The notes under the pieces: model-generated
Databases searched by the model: none
What the model was told of the DNA's origin: nothing
Seen by the model: only the letters and a program-made list of their open reading frames with translations
Translations under genes and position numbers: made by a program
Assembly: GCA_905178155.1 (NCBI GenBank)
Contig: CAJINV010000001.1
Coordinates: 14,504,158-14,568,157 of the forward strand
Direction: 5' to 3'
Source: Amoebophrya sp. A120
Taxonomy: Eukaryota; Protista; Dinoflagellata
DNA length: 64,000 nt
In this document: positions 1 through 13,071 of the stretch, in pieces
How positions within the stretch are numbered: position 1 is the first letter of the stretch
Layout of the letters: the number at the start of each line of letters is the position of its first letter

Positions 1-1152
1 GCGGTCTGCCTTCCACTCATCCAGTGCACGCTCGAGGCGACTCAGGTGCTCGCTTGCCGCGACTTGATGCTGGGAGGAGATTGCGTCTTCCTGTGGTTCT
101 TCGTCGTCCTCCTTGTCTCTACCATCAACATCTGAGTTGGCGTTCACGAAGCGGAAGCTCCTGCGCAAGTTTCCCGTGCTTGTCCAGGCTTTCTTCGCGT
201 CGGGCGCAGCTGCGGGATCGTTCCCGGCGGCCGCAGCAGCTGGCCATTTCGCTTTGTTGGCTCCGTACTTTTCCACGAAGTAGGTTAGGGAGGTATTCTG
301 GAACTGCACAAAAGGACGAGAAGTTGTTGATGCATCGTGTTCATCTTCCACATCTGGTTGTGCAATAAAAGCACTAGCACTCTGCTCAGCCAGCTTGTGA
401 TGCACAATGGCGGGGGGCTGCAGAAGGAGATCGAAAGAAGGAAACGCCTGCGCTTGCTGGCGTTCGTGTGCGCCATAGGACGCGGTCCCTGACCCTGGTG
501 CGGGTGCAACAAGCAGCTCGGCGTGTGGGGATATTTGGCCGAGCGGAAAAATTCCACCCATGTCAACGCCGAACTCGGCTATGTTGAATTGCAGCCAGAA
601 CGTATGCAACAGCAGACAACTTTGCAAAAAATGGCTGATGGATGCCAGCGCTGAAGGTATTTTTGCATTTGATTTCATCGCTCTACAGGTGCTAAAAACA
701 GCTGTGAAATAAAAGCGATCCATATTAACGTCGTGTGTGACATTATGCACCACGGTATGATGACGTAGGAACTAGAGCGATTCTATCTTACGACCTCGGG
801 CACCATCAGCAAGAACATCAGATTGACTATAACGCGCTGCCACTGCTATATCTACTTGATGCTGATATAAATGAATGTGCGTGTCGTGCACCTGTCTTTT
901 CCTCCTAAGTCACATCGTGCCTGTTTTCTCCTCGGAAACATCAACCTCCACCAAAATTTGCCTGCTGCCACTGCTGCATACATGGAGAACTTCACCCTTT
1001 CACAGCGGCGCAACACGCGCAGGTATCCACGAGGAATCATCACCACCGACACCACAACTTTACCAGGATTTATTTTTCTAGTTTCTTTTTCACTGAATTG
1101 CATGCATTTGTTGTACGACATGAGAGGACGCCGACGTCGATGGTGATTCCAT

Positions 1153-4100
1153 CTAGGATAACAGGGCGCCGCGCACGATCTGGTCATCGACAGCTGGCGT
1201 TGATGCCCGTAAGTGGCACTCGAATGATGCAGGAAAATCGCGGTCGCCCTTTTCATCGATTTGTGATGTGGTTCCTGACGCATTTCTAACCTTCGAGTTG
1301 GTTCGTTGCATAGGCGAGCTTGAAGTTGCCGTGTCGAGAACACGTATTACTTGCGTGAAGTAATTGTGTATTGGCTCGTATGGCGCGTCGTCGGGATACA
1401 CCGAGCGAAGGGGAGTTGTGATTTCCTGAAGCTGCCGGCGAAGGTCTTTACGCGTTTGTGTTATTTTCTTTTGGAGACTTTGATTTTCTTTCTGCGATTG
1501 GTCGTTCTTCCAGAGCCAATCTTCCATAGCCCAGTCGAGAGAGCACAGGGATCGCTGAAGCCAACCGGCAATGATATGGATGCGTAAAAAGGGTGAAGCG
1601 CGAAGCTTTCTGCGCAACATATATTTTCCAGCTCACATTGTGCATGGCAAAATGCAGCAATGTTGACGAATGTGATTTTTTAATTCGCAAAGCTTAACTT
1701 TTCAAAGTGCGTCGACACCCAGTCGATCCTTTCGCAATCCTGTAGGTCAGGAAATACAATCTTGCGTGACATCTCCACAGTGTTAAATACGGAATTCTCT
1801 TGCGTGTAGTCATCACAAATGCAAAAAAAAAAATCTATAATCAAACGTATACGTAAAAAATTCTTCATCAAACAAACTTCACCCGTGCAGTCGATACGTT
1901 CATCATCCATACCGTACCACTTTGTCCACGACCTCTTGACTTTGCTCATGTTTGATGGCATTTGCTTCGTGCGTTGCTCGTTGGCGAAACTCGCCGATCG
2001 TTTCGTCCGTGTTGAAAAGCGAGAAGACGAGTGAGCTGAGAAAGGGATGCATTTTCGTAAAATCCGTTACCACATCGCCATCGCGCTCGTACTTACCAAA
2101 CAAGCACACCGAAGCGCCGAAGCGCTGCTCCTCATGATGGTCCTTCTCAACGTTTATTTTCATTGGTGATAATTGCAGCAGCTGGTGTTGGTCATCTTTG
2201 GTCCTTTCATTTGCCTTTGGTTGTGGTTCCATTTGCAGCTTCAGCTCCATCTGCTCCTGGTGTTCTTCGTCGACGCCTACGTCAAAAATTTCTTTGAGCA
2301 TGACAAACAAGGGCTCATTGCCCTCCTCGTCATTTTCCGGCAACTCGACGGGAGAGTCGTCTTTGCCATGCACGACCACTCGGCCCTCCCACCAAACACG
2401 GTCCTTCCGCAGCATGATAACGGCGTCCGCCGCGAGGGTCGCGAGCTGCGTCAGCGGTTCCGCCCGGTCCAACAGGTGAATGCGATGCACTTGCGAACGG
2501 GCTGTGTTCTCCGGGTCGAACAGCAGCCATGCGCGCTGCGAGTTGTCCCGGGCTTGGCTGTACCCGGGAGCGCCGATCATGTCACGGCCGGGCACGAGGC
2601 CGCTGTCTTGGATCCATTTTTTCGTCACGACCCCGAATTTGATGCGAAATTTGCGAAACAACTCCACCCGCGGCAGTGCCTGATGCCGGTCCGCACTGCG
2701 CCAAAAGTGCCGCACACCCTTCTCACTGCTATCTGCGAGGAAACCCCGCTTGTATTGGCCGGACGACATATGAAAAGACACAACTCGTGGTCCTATCTCG
2801 AATTACTCCCGAAACGCTGCGTCAGTGCTTGGATTTAAGTAGCTACATCCGAACTCCTGCATGTAATCAATGCTGTTCCTAAGCAACAAGAAAACAAGAT
2901 ACAGATAGGCAACAGCATAACGTCTTTCCCTTTGAAATAGAATTGATGTAGAGAGCGGGTAGTTCGAGCACGGTGGGCGAGGACGTGTCGAGTTGCATAC
3001 AACACTTCAAACACGGTATCCGCACCATCATATCCACCAACGTCTATCAGCGTCGCGACCTTTTGTTTGCTCTGAGACAGGCTTTTTGGTGCCGCAGGTG
3101 AGGACGGACGAGATGTCAGGTCGTCCAGCTCATGCTCAGGATGCTGGCCGCGCTCGTTGTTCTTGCTGGTATTTATTTCAACATCTGCTCCATCCCCGGC
3201 GGCACTCTGCAGGATATCGACGTCTGCACCTGGTTTGTAGCTTGTGGAACCGTCACGATTTCGGGTAAAACGCGGCACGCCCACTGCACCCTCACCGGAA
3301 ACTGATTCTTCGGCGATCAGCTCGGGGTCCAGCACCAAGTCTCCACCGCGCTGAATGCGCTTTCTCTGCGTCAGAAACTCCCGTGTGCGTCCGTAGAAGG
3401 CAGTCGTGAACGCTGCGCGGACACTGACACTCACGTCAGCCTGGCCTAGACTACTTGTGGAGGTCGAGGAGAAAGATTCACTGTGTTCTTCTTCTATCGC
3501 AGAAGAAGATGTTGATGTAGCTGCCGTGCGACCATACGCAATTCCTAGACGAGGTGTTGACGTCGAGCCGGACAAATTGTCGTTTGGAACGTCAACTTGT
3601 TCATCAGCAGATTTTCCCGTTTGATGCTGCTGGTGGTACACGCTCGGCTGCTTGGGCGCACGTGCCTGCGCACGACGGCCCACGTAACGCCGATCGGGCC
3701 TCTGCGTCGCACCTCCGAGGACCGGGTCGCCTGCGTGATGGTCGTCGAAGCCCGACTCATTTTCAGCGGATCGGGATCCCGATTCAGACAGCATTTTTGC
3801 TTCGGTTGATGGCATGTGCCGAATTGGCATCGGGGGATTTGAAGCAGTCTGCAGTTTCCGGACCAGAGCGGCGGGAAGTGGATGCACCTCCGGGTCGCCA
3901 ACTGTGAAGACATATCAAAACGAAGTATCCCCCTCTTCCATATGTGGAATGAAAAATTTAGCACGGCGGGCTTGAAGTACACAAAAAATGATCAGGTTTA
4001 TCTTAATCTTCCGCGAACCAAATATAAATAAGCATAGAAGGGGCCTGCGCAGTCTAGCGATCGAAGCTGCACGACAGACATCTCTGCCTCTACGCTTACC

Positions 4101-7100
4101 TCTAGCAGGCTGCGGCGCATTGAAGCAGACTACGGTTAATAGAGTGCTCCCGTTGAATGACACCTCTTTTGCCGTTCCCCGTGCCCGTATGCAAAACAGA
4201 AGAGGTTTGCGGCTACAAACTAGCTCAGAAATCGAAGAACATCCCGACAACTTGTGTGTGGACGGGGGGGTCTCCCCCATCATAAGACATCACGGTGGTT
4301 CACTTGTTGCGACATCGCGAGGTCGAGCAACAGTGGAAACGGAGAGCCCTTCAAGATCCACTCCTCCAGAAGGGACGGCGCGTCCTTTTGCAGGCCCAAG
4401 ACAGGACCGTCCCGGACACAGTCTACCAGGGAAAACTGTTGCGCCGGTTCTTCGGAAGTAGATGATGCACCGTTTCTTGTCGTGCTGGACGAGGTAGAAG
4501 TTGCTTCGGCTAGTACTTTTCTGTTTCTCAACTCTCGGAGACGGAAAATTGCGTTGTCCTTACCAATCAGTGCAGCCAGCAGATCGGCGTCCGACACGAT
4601 GTCCGGCTTTTCTCGCTCGGTATCCAGGTTATATAGCAGGTCGACCAGGGACCGCTCACAGGCGGTCAAAGCCGGCTGCGTCGAGGAGGCGAGGCGCTCG
4701 TGGTCTCCTTCTTGTGAAGATGTTTCCACCTGGCGGGGGGTCTTTCCCCCTTTCTTTCGTTTTTCGGTAGTTTTCTGTATTGGCACTAGATTTGCCTCGT
4801 CGCGCTCGCGCGCCTGTTCGCGCAGGTTGAGATCAAGAAATATCTGCCACAGGCCACGGTTGGTAGCCCCGATTTCTCCACTGACGCGCCGGCAGCACTC
4901 CTCCTCAATCACGGGAAAGATTTTGATGTCTGTCGGATCCTCCTCTTCGGGGGCGGAGGGAACCTCCTCGTCTGAATCCTCCGCGTCGTCAACCAACTCG
5001 TGTCCCCGCTGCCCCCATCTCGCATCTGCGGGGTCCCAGGTCAGCAGTTGTGCACTGCACTGCTTTCGGTACAGGAGCCGCGGGTTGGCGTCCAAGCGGT
5101 TGTCGTGGTTGCGCAGGACGCAGTGCGCAAACCGTTCCTGCAGGCGATCCTCCACGATGACCGCAGACACCCCTACCAACGCACGGATCTCTGCCAGTAG
5201 CGTCGCGGAAAAAATGTCCAACTCCTCGAAGTCGACCGCAGACGTTTTTGGTACGTCGACCTCGTTCTGTCCAGCAGCGCTCGCTGCAGCTGATCCAGGC
5301 TCCTCCGGCCCACCGCTCGTGCCACCCGCCTCGAGTTCCGCCCAGCCCTCGAGCGCGTGCACGCGCTCCAACCGTCCGAACCGCGCGAGCGTGTCGCGGT
5401 ACCGCCACAAGGCCCCGCGCTGCATTCCGAACACAAACGCGAAGAGGTGCGGAAGCGCCTCCGAGACAGTGCGTTTCGACGTTTTCTGCACCAGCTTCTT
5501 GGACGACGAGGTGCCGGTGGTCATGTCCCCTCCCTCTGCTACTATTGGGTTGTCAAAAATAATATCCTGCCGGAAATCCAATTTAAACTGCTCATACGCC
5601 TCCTTGGAGGAGCTGCGAATCAAATACTCCAGGCTGAGCCTCCCGACCTCGCAGCTGGTCCGGAACAGCTCGCCTGTTTCGTTCCGGAGCGGACGAAAGA
5701 GCCGCAGGTCGCGATGTAGATCGAGGCCAAGAGTGTCCAGTAGCGAGATCGGCCCGTAGTCGCCTGGATTCGCGAGCGCGTCGACGCCGAACCGCTTCCG
5801 CAGCGTTTCCCGCAGAATCCCGTCGCGCAGGACGTGCTCGTCGGCGCGAAGATGCGTGTACTCCTGCCACCGGTAGTTGTTCAGGCCCCAGACAGCGGAG
5901 TGCAGCAAGGAGCTGGTCAGCGCTTTCTCGCTGCGGAGCAGTGTGTTCTGGGGGTATTTGCGCTCCGGCATGTGATCCATAGCCACCGCCGCATGCGGGT
6001 TCAGATGCAGTATCAAGTACGCCGAGTGCGACACGTCGCGGCAAAACGAGAAGTCGATCCGGTCCCATTTCTGACTGTCCTCGGGGTCAACCTGATACTG
6101 AAACGGCTGCGAAGCCTTCACGAGGGGAAACGTAAAGAACAAGAAGAAGGCCAATGGAAAAATGATTTCAAGGTGGACACCATGAACCGACGAAAAAAAA
6201 CATTGCCACAGACAAGGTATAAAACTAGGCACTATCACTAGGCGACTCATTGCAAATACCCGACCAAATGCAAGAAATATATGAAAACCTAGTACCTAGC
6301 TACAACAAAAAAATGGGTAGAGAATTGCGAACGCGTCCGAGGAGGATCACAGACACAGGTCTGGTAAAGATGATCCATCTCTCAACAACTACACCACTAT
6401 CATCCTCCTAGCAAGCTATCTTCAGACTGCTGCTCTTCCCATAATATCTGAAAAGGGAACAAGACAAATTTGGAGGTAGAGATCGTTGTTTGTGCTTTCA
6501 AACTGAAAACAGATTCGACGACTACAATATGGAAGATGAAAAAATACACTGAACTTGCACAGACGAAATCAAGATGACCACGAAATCGGAAAATTGACCG
6601 ACCATATTTTTTCTTGCCGCCACGAGGTACAAGTACAATCTACTACAGATACTGAACTTATTACCGCTGCATTGTAGTGTGATGGCTTTGACGGTTGCAA
6701 GAGAAAAAGCGGGTAGCTACGAATGTCGCGCTTCCGTTCAATGCTGGCGCATTGCCATTGGCATTTTTCGATTCATTGATGTATACAGGAGGAACGTCCT
6801 CGAGCACGGGTGATTTTATTTTGTGTTCTTCCACAGAAGTTGTTGATGTTTTCTCTTTTCTCTCCGATCGGACGGGCATATTCTTGATATTCTCTTTAAG
6901 TACATGATATGCTTAAGCTTACGTTTTGGTTTTTGAAAATTGAAGTAGACGATGAAGACAAGGACAGAAAAAATTTCTTCCTCTTTGTGGTCCTTAGGTA
7001 TCGGATGACTGACACCCTCGCTTGCGTTGAAATTCAGAAATATGTACGAAAAATTCATTCTGCATTTGGACTTTCATTTAATTTGGTCAAAGAAGTATTG

Positions 7101-8002
7101 AGATTTTCATTTTGGTTCTGTGCTTTAGGGAGTAGACCGTCGATATGTGCTTAGGGGAGCGCGGGTTTTTCGTGCAGCTACTAGGATATTGTCATGTCTG
7201 GACATTCAAGAAGCTTTTCTGCTAGAACTACAACGTGGATGTCAAACACACATATTTTTCCGAGCGCGAAAAAAACCAACGACTTTGCAGCACATCATCA
7301 GCATGTCTTCTAATCAAGCTTTCGATTACGATTATCCGCTTCCAGATGAAAAATAGCTGGAAAGTCTGCTAAAATATGATGCGCTGCGCTGTTGCTCGTC
7401 GCTCTCTCGAATGCCGTATGGCTGGACGCTGAGCGGGTTGGCAGCGGTATCAGCCATCGTCGCTGCGGCGTCAAGGCCCATCACGCCAACTAATGGTGCG
7501 AAAAAGTTCATGTGCGCCCGCTTCTTGCCTTCGTCTGATCAGAATGTGTTGCATTGCGTCGAAAAAATGTGGGGGAGATTTAGGTCTTTCTACTCTCAAA
7601 CTCAATCGCTCATCAAAGCGCACAGGAATGGCACTACCCACTACGTGAAGCAAGATTCTAGCTTCGAAATTCATTGGTGCATCTTCTAGAAGTTTCGAAA
7701 TCTAAATCAAGAGAAGAAGACTAAAGAAGTGAACTTCCCACCTCCAGCAAAGCAGAACGCATGCAAATCACATCTTCACTCATCATCATTTGGTTCAGGG
7801 CGCTTCTTTTACTATGTAGATGTACGTATTAAAATTGTGACTGTGGTGCGTAAACTATACCCTCTTCGAGATACGTCGCTTGTGCTGGCTTGCCATCTTC
7901 TTCGCCTTCGCTGTCGCTGCCGTCCAGACCCCACCACTCGTTCAGTTCGTCGGCATAATCTGCGGGGGGAACTTCGGCTGATGATTCCTCTTCGTCTGCC
8001 AT
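1153..8002 (-). CDS. Large multi-exon hypothetical gene (or two adjacent genes); exon structure only partly resolved, possibly partly pseudogenised
   Basis: Co-oriented protein-like ORF segments at 7829-8002, 6661-6879, 4280-6250, 2835-3887, 1903-2781 and 1153-1620. A phase-compatible GT-AG intron is plausible at about 3903-4099 (AGAG|GTAAGC ... TTCACAG|TTGGC). No family motif recognised. Confidence 0.4.
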
Positions 8003-8030
8003 GTTGTACGACCTGTTTTTTTGGCATGAG

Positions 8031-8366
8031 TGTGGACGTGTCAACGTCGAGGACTGTCGCATGAGCGACTACATGCCGTCCTGACAGAGACAACGCGCCT
8101 ATCTAGGTAGGTACCCTCGTGGAGCTACGGAGTTACGTATATGATTCATGCTACTGGCTTCATACCTGAACCCATTCTGGAACTGTGCTCCATTGGTGTC
8201 CATTGTCATGGTTGTAGTGTGTTCCTGTGTGTGGATCCTAGTGGTGTGATCCTACCCATGATCCTACTGCTGATCTTCCTCTAGACCCATCTATATTCTA
8301 GAGCCCTCTGATGATCTTGGAGCATGTAAGGCACTGACATCAGTCCTGTATGGTTGACGTGCAATA
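8031..8366 (-). repeat. 3' LTR
   Basis: On the + strand reads TGTGGACGTGTCAACG ... TGACGTGCAATA and is repeated at 9895-10232. Element-sense termini are TA...CA. Confidence 0.9.
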
Positions 8367-8380
8367 CACTCCCCTGCTCC
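8367..8380 (-). promoter_or_regulatory. Polypurine tract
   Basis: Minus strand GGAGCAGGGGAGTG directly precedes the 3' LTR. Confidence 0.75.
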
Positions 8381-9877
8381 AAGTCAGCTGAGTTCTTGGG
8401 CTTCTAGAGTCTTCATCCAAAATGTAAAACAATACATCAGCATGATGGTGGCGCTGAACCACAAAAACTTACATGTGCTTCTTAGTGCACATCTGCATAG
8501 TTGCCGACACAGACATCGCCGATAATGCAACATGACATCAGTAAGAAGATGCTGCTCTGAGCTCTGGCCCGAAACCTTTACGCGGCACGTCCTGAGGTCG
8601 TTGGCATAGAATTTCTTACTTTCCGTATCGGTTTCCTTGGTGACGTCAGAAACTTTTCTTGCTTAAGCTTGTTCTTACGGCTGTGCTTTTACTAGGCTAA
8701 GAATACTATGTCGAAGTGCTATGATCGCAACTCTCGACTTCGGTTGCAATCACGGCTGCAATCTGAATAATTAAAACGAGGCATGAAGGCTAATAGGGAA
8801 ACAATGCGAAACGATAGCACTGAGGCCATGATCGCTCCCTATTCTTAGGCTGTTAAATGTCAACTGCGCTCCCATCTCTGGGGCGGTAGAGACGTTTTCT
8901 ACTTTTTAGGCTCCCACTCCCCTGCGGGAAGATACCTGAGAGGAATTTTTCAGAGAACCCCGGGACCACAGGCAATGACGCCTGAGCCGTGAAACTCTTG
9001 CTCGAGTTTTTCTCCAGCGGGGGCTTCTCCTGCATGAATCGCAGGAGCGGGTGCGTGAACCCGTTAGCTAGTTTGAATTTTCTACCGTGCAAAACAGCAA
9101 AAGCCAAAAGGACAATGTCGGCGAAATATTATCTCTAGCTCTACTAAGTCTACTCAAAGCAAGCGACTGACTTCCAGACTGGCTCTATTGTACAAGCAGG
9201 GAGTAAAATAAGTGAAAAGATACCTCACCCCACTATGCTACCGCGCCCTAGGTGCATCGTACTCCTCCTAGTACTGCTTCTGTTTCTGCGTTCGGAATCA
9301 GATCGAACTCTCCACGATCTGCTTCTGGTTGCCCGTGCTGGCGCTCGGACAGTGTTCCTTTCCTTGCCCCTCTGCGTGATTTGTGGCCGCCCGCGCCACA
9401 ACACCCACTAGAGTTTCCTGGTCGACCTCTCTCTGCGAAGAGAGTAGGTCTGAATATCCTGAGTCGGCATTTCCTGAGATGCTTGCGCGTGGCCGTGGCC
9501 CCTCGTGCCACTACAACATCACTCCGACTTTCCTGAGTTCGCGATCATCTGCGACGCCACATGCGTATTGCAGATTTCCCCGCGTGCTAGATTGGCTAGC
9601 ACATATTGCGAACCCGAACTGCTGACCGGCATGGTCATGATTTTGTGCTTCTTTCTTTCCTTCTCGACCTGCAGAGGCATCAATTGCGATAATTGATGTG
9701 CGGAGAGGTTTTTGCCCTTAACTAGCGCCTTGCGCTTCCCTGCCACTCCAGTTGCTGCGGACAAGCCGAAAAGCATGCCGGGGGCGCCTACAGCCACGAG
9801 CTTGGGGAGCTCTCTAATGGTTGGGGGGCTACTACTATTGTGGCCTTGGTAGTTCGTACCTTTCCCTCTAGGGGAAT

Positions 9878-9894
9878 GCTTGGGCTCATAACTC
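9878..9894 (-). promoter_or_regulatory. Primer-binding site complementary to the anticodon stem-loop of initiator tRNA-Met
   Basis: Minus strand GAGTTATGAGCCCAAGC follows the 5' LTR. The + strand GGGCTCATAAC matches the tRNAiMet anticodon arm, as in copia/Ty5-type half-tRNA priming. Confidence 0.78.
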
Positions 9895-10232
9895 TGTGGA
9901 CGTGTCAACGTCGAGGACTGTCGCGCGAGCGATTACATGCCGTTCTCACAGAGAGAACACACCTAAGCTATCTAGGTACGCACCCTCGTGGTACTACGGA
10001 GTTATGTATATGATTCATACTACTGGCTTCATACCTGAAGCCATTCTGGCACTGTGTTCCATTGGTGTCCATTGTCATGGTTGTAGTGTGTTCCTGTGTG
10101 TGGATCCTAGTGGTGTGATCCTACCCATGATCCTACTGCTGATCCTCTAGACCCATCTATATTCTAGAACTCTCTGATGATCTTGGAGCATGTAAGGCAC
10201 TGACATCAGTCCTGTATGGCTGACGTGCAATA
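9895..10232 (-). repeat. 5' LTR
   Basis: Direct repeat of 8031-8366 with a few substitutions and small indels. Confidence 0.9.
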
Positions 10233-13071
10233 ATGGAGCTGTATCTATCAACTGAAGTGACTCTTCCTACTTCTCGTGTTCTATCTAGTACGGTAAGTTA
10301 GTATTCGTACTTATTGGTATTTATTCAAATACAAATTCATTGAACCACACGAAGCAAAATGACAAAGATCAGCAGGTGGAGGACGATGGTACTCGTGCTT
10401 CTCTGAGGTTGATGCGCCGCAGTCCCCAACGTCTGTTGACTTTGTGCTTGACGAGGAGGAGGAGGAGGACCCGCCCATCAAGAAATTCTTGATGTTTCCC
10501 CTCGTCGCTACGATCACCTTGGCCTCCGCATTTTCTTGTATGGTCGCCCGCAGCTTCTCCTGCGTCACTTTCAAGTTATTAAACGTTACGGAGGCGTACC
10601 TGATAGAAGTTTTTAGAAGATCAACCCTTTGCTCGCTAAATCAGACAGAAGATTAAGTTTAATGTTGTTCTGGAGGTGGAGGTCAATGAGTGATTGAGCC
10701 TAGTACAACTACATGCTAGAACTAGATCTTTTGCTTTTCGTCAAAGAAAAATTATATATTAATCGTATTATCCAATTCTACAATACTTATTGATGCGCTG
10801 TACCATCTTGTGCCGCATTTTCCTTCTTTGTTTGCAAGGCCCTCGAAATGGTGCACTGCTACTCCGGTAACACCCTTAGTCTTCAACAAGGCAGTCTTTG
10901 CCGTCTCTTCGATGTTCTCCACATCGGGAAGCAGGAGAATGCTTGTCTCGATAGTGGCCATTGTGGTGGAAACCGAAACGGTGGAGATGAAGATGGCTCT
11001 TCTAGTACTTGGTTTTCTTGGTGTTGTACCCCCAGCCAGTTCTTTTCACTTTTAACTTTGCCTTTGGACGTCGTCGTGAGGATTCCTTTTGCTTTTCGTT
11101 TTTTGCGAATTCGACTGGACGTGAAAAATAGGCCCGCTGCCGTGAAGAAAAAACTTCTAGTTGGCGCAGTAATTTGATTATGATATTTGCTGGAGCAGGC
11201 ACTCGAACAAGTCGAAAATCCTCGAGGGCTTCACTTTGAACTCGGAGAGCAGATGAAACTGGATGTTTATTGATGGACAAGAACCTCCAATGCGGGTGGA
11301 GGCAAGCTACAGAAAGATGAACGCTCGGCAGGGGTCCTTGGAGCTCGCTGTCGCAACTACGCAGGCCGGAAGCAAAGACAAAGATCGACAGCTTCGACTT
11401 GTTTCGCACACAGTACGCAAAAGTTCCTGGGGCGAGGTCTGTTCAAATCTTTCAACTTACACACTGTCGGAAGTGCGACGCGAAGCGGTGGTGCTGTTGG
11501 AAGTGGTATTATTTACTTCGTTGCGTCATCGTCCATCAATCTCTGTGTCGTCCGTCAATCTGGTACTGGTCGGAGTCTCGTACTACAGATAAACAGCTGC
11601 GCAACTTACTAATGTGGGTATTTCCGTTGCACTGTAGCACCTCCTCGTCCTGCTATCGTTAGGCTTGTCAAAACGCTCTTCGCCCTTGTATGTTGACGCC
11701 TCGTGTCAATTTCGTGCCGCGGTCTTCAGAAGATGATCAGACTATGAGGCATGTATGTTGATGGTTATCGTGTTTGTCTTAGCTATGACTATGATAATGA
11801 TTATCGAATATCCACGAGGTACCTGAAGGTACGTAGCTAGAGGAGACCAGTCCCAGTTCTCGTCGTGATTTTTATCTAAGAACTTTTGCTTTAACAATAA
11901 AAAACAACGGTATGATCTATCAGGCAGTGTCTCTACCTCTAGTAGATAGAACCTGACTTAATAAATCAGGATAGCGCTACACTTCTTCAAAGACAAAGAG
12001 GTGGCTGTCATCGGATTTACCCGTCGGTCAGTTGCCTAGACATATGCATATGCTGCTGTCAACATGCTGAGACTATCGTATCTCCTCCCAGCGCCAGAAG
12101 GATCATCTTTCTACGCAACTACAATGTGGCCCGCCCAATACGATATGAGAAAACGTCTGAAAGATTGATCTGTCCCACGCGCAAAATAGACAACTGCAGG
12201 GGCTTCAGGTGCGGCCTGCTGCTGCTGTCGGTGCAGCTTCAATGACAATGAATAGAAGAGACGCGCACCATGAACACGCAAAAACTTGTTCACACGGAAA
12301 CAAGAACTACTAGAAATCGAGACATTGCGAGGCCCTCGATCCAATTCGTGCCGTTGCACTTCCAGTTGTGGATGATAGATGTACAATCACCATAGATACC
12401 ACTCCTAAAAACGCTAGTTTGTACATTTCCATGCTGGAGGTGCGTGATCAAAAGAAAACATCGTAATCGACATCAAAATGTTGTGAATGGTAAGCGTACA
12501 AAACGATCGATGCTTGTTCATGTTCTTGTGCTATCCCACGCCCCCGATCCTCACACAGCCACACTCACGCCCGGGAAGCAGAAACGCCAGAGCTTTACCG
12601 TTTCAAAATAATCTGTTTCTAGTACGCTTAGCATAGAGATGATTAGCGGATCTATCATGAGCTGACTTGATGGAGCAGGAGCTTGTTGCTGTGCGAAACT
12701 ACTACATTAAAATCGTACATTGTAGAAATATCGCTTTATGTGTTCCGCGAAATCGAATGCGAAAACTCTATCAAATCTAAATCCATCTACACGAGGAATA
12801 CCAATACAAAACAAACCGTTAGTACAATTGATGGATCTGCTGGAGCCTGCTATGAGGTTGCGTTCTCTTCCTACCGCAAGAAACGAAAGCTGGACGAGGC
12901 TGATGTAGCTGTGCTGCCTCTGCTTGCTGCTCTACATGTTGACATCTAGCTAGTTGTAGTTGTCGTGGTAAGTACAGCCCAAGACTGCAAAACCTGAAAC
13001 AGGGCAAAAAGCGCAACCGATCGCAATCCGAGTTTCGACGATTTCGCTATTGCTTTGGTCCTCCCCGACTT

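Larger units (their letters stand above)
8031..10232 (-). mobile_element. Non-autonomous or degenerate Ty1/copia-like LTR retrotransposon (about 2.2 kb)
   Basis: Two near-identical direct repeats of about 337 bp (8031-8366, 9895-10232), a primer-binding site (PBS) inside the right repeat and a polypurine tract (PPT) inside the left one. Flanks are ATGAG / ATGGA(G), an imperfect TSD. The internal region has stops and frameshifts with weak RNase H-like remnants (SRVAII; ADVxTKK) at about 8480-8750. Confidence 0.88.

Noticed and set aside
4254-5759. Long plus-strand ORFs antisense to genes (4254-5759, 13103-14134, 17823-18989, 29466-30467)
   Set aside because: Shadow ORFs of GC-rich coding sequence; recognisable motifs or more protein-like composition lie on the minus strand.
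10311-11409. Short minus-strand ORF fragments as a gene or transposase
   Set aside because: Frames switch without clear splice sites and no motif was recognised, so there is insufficient support.
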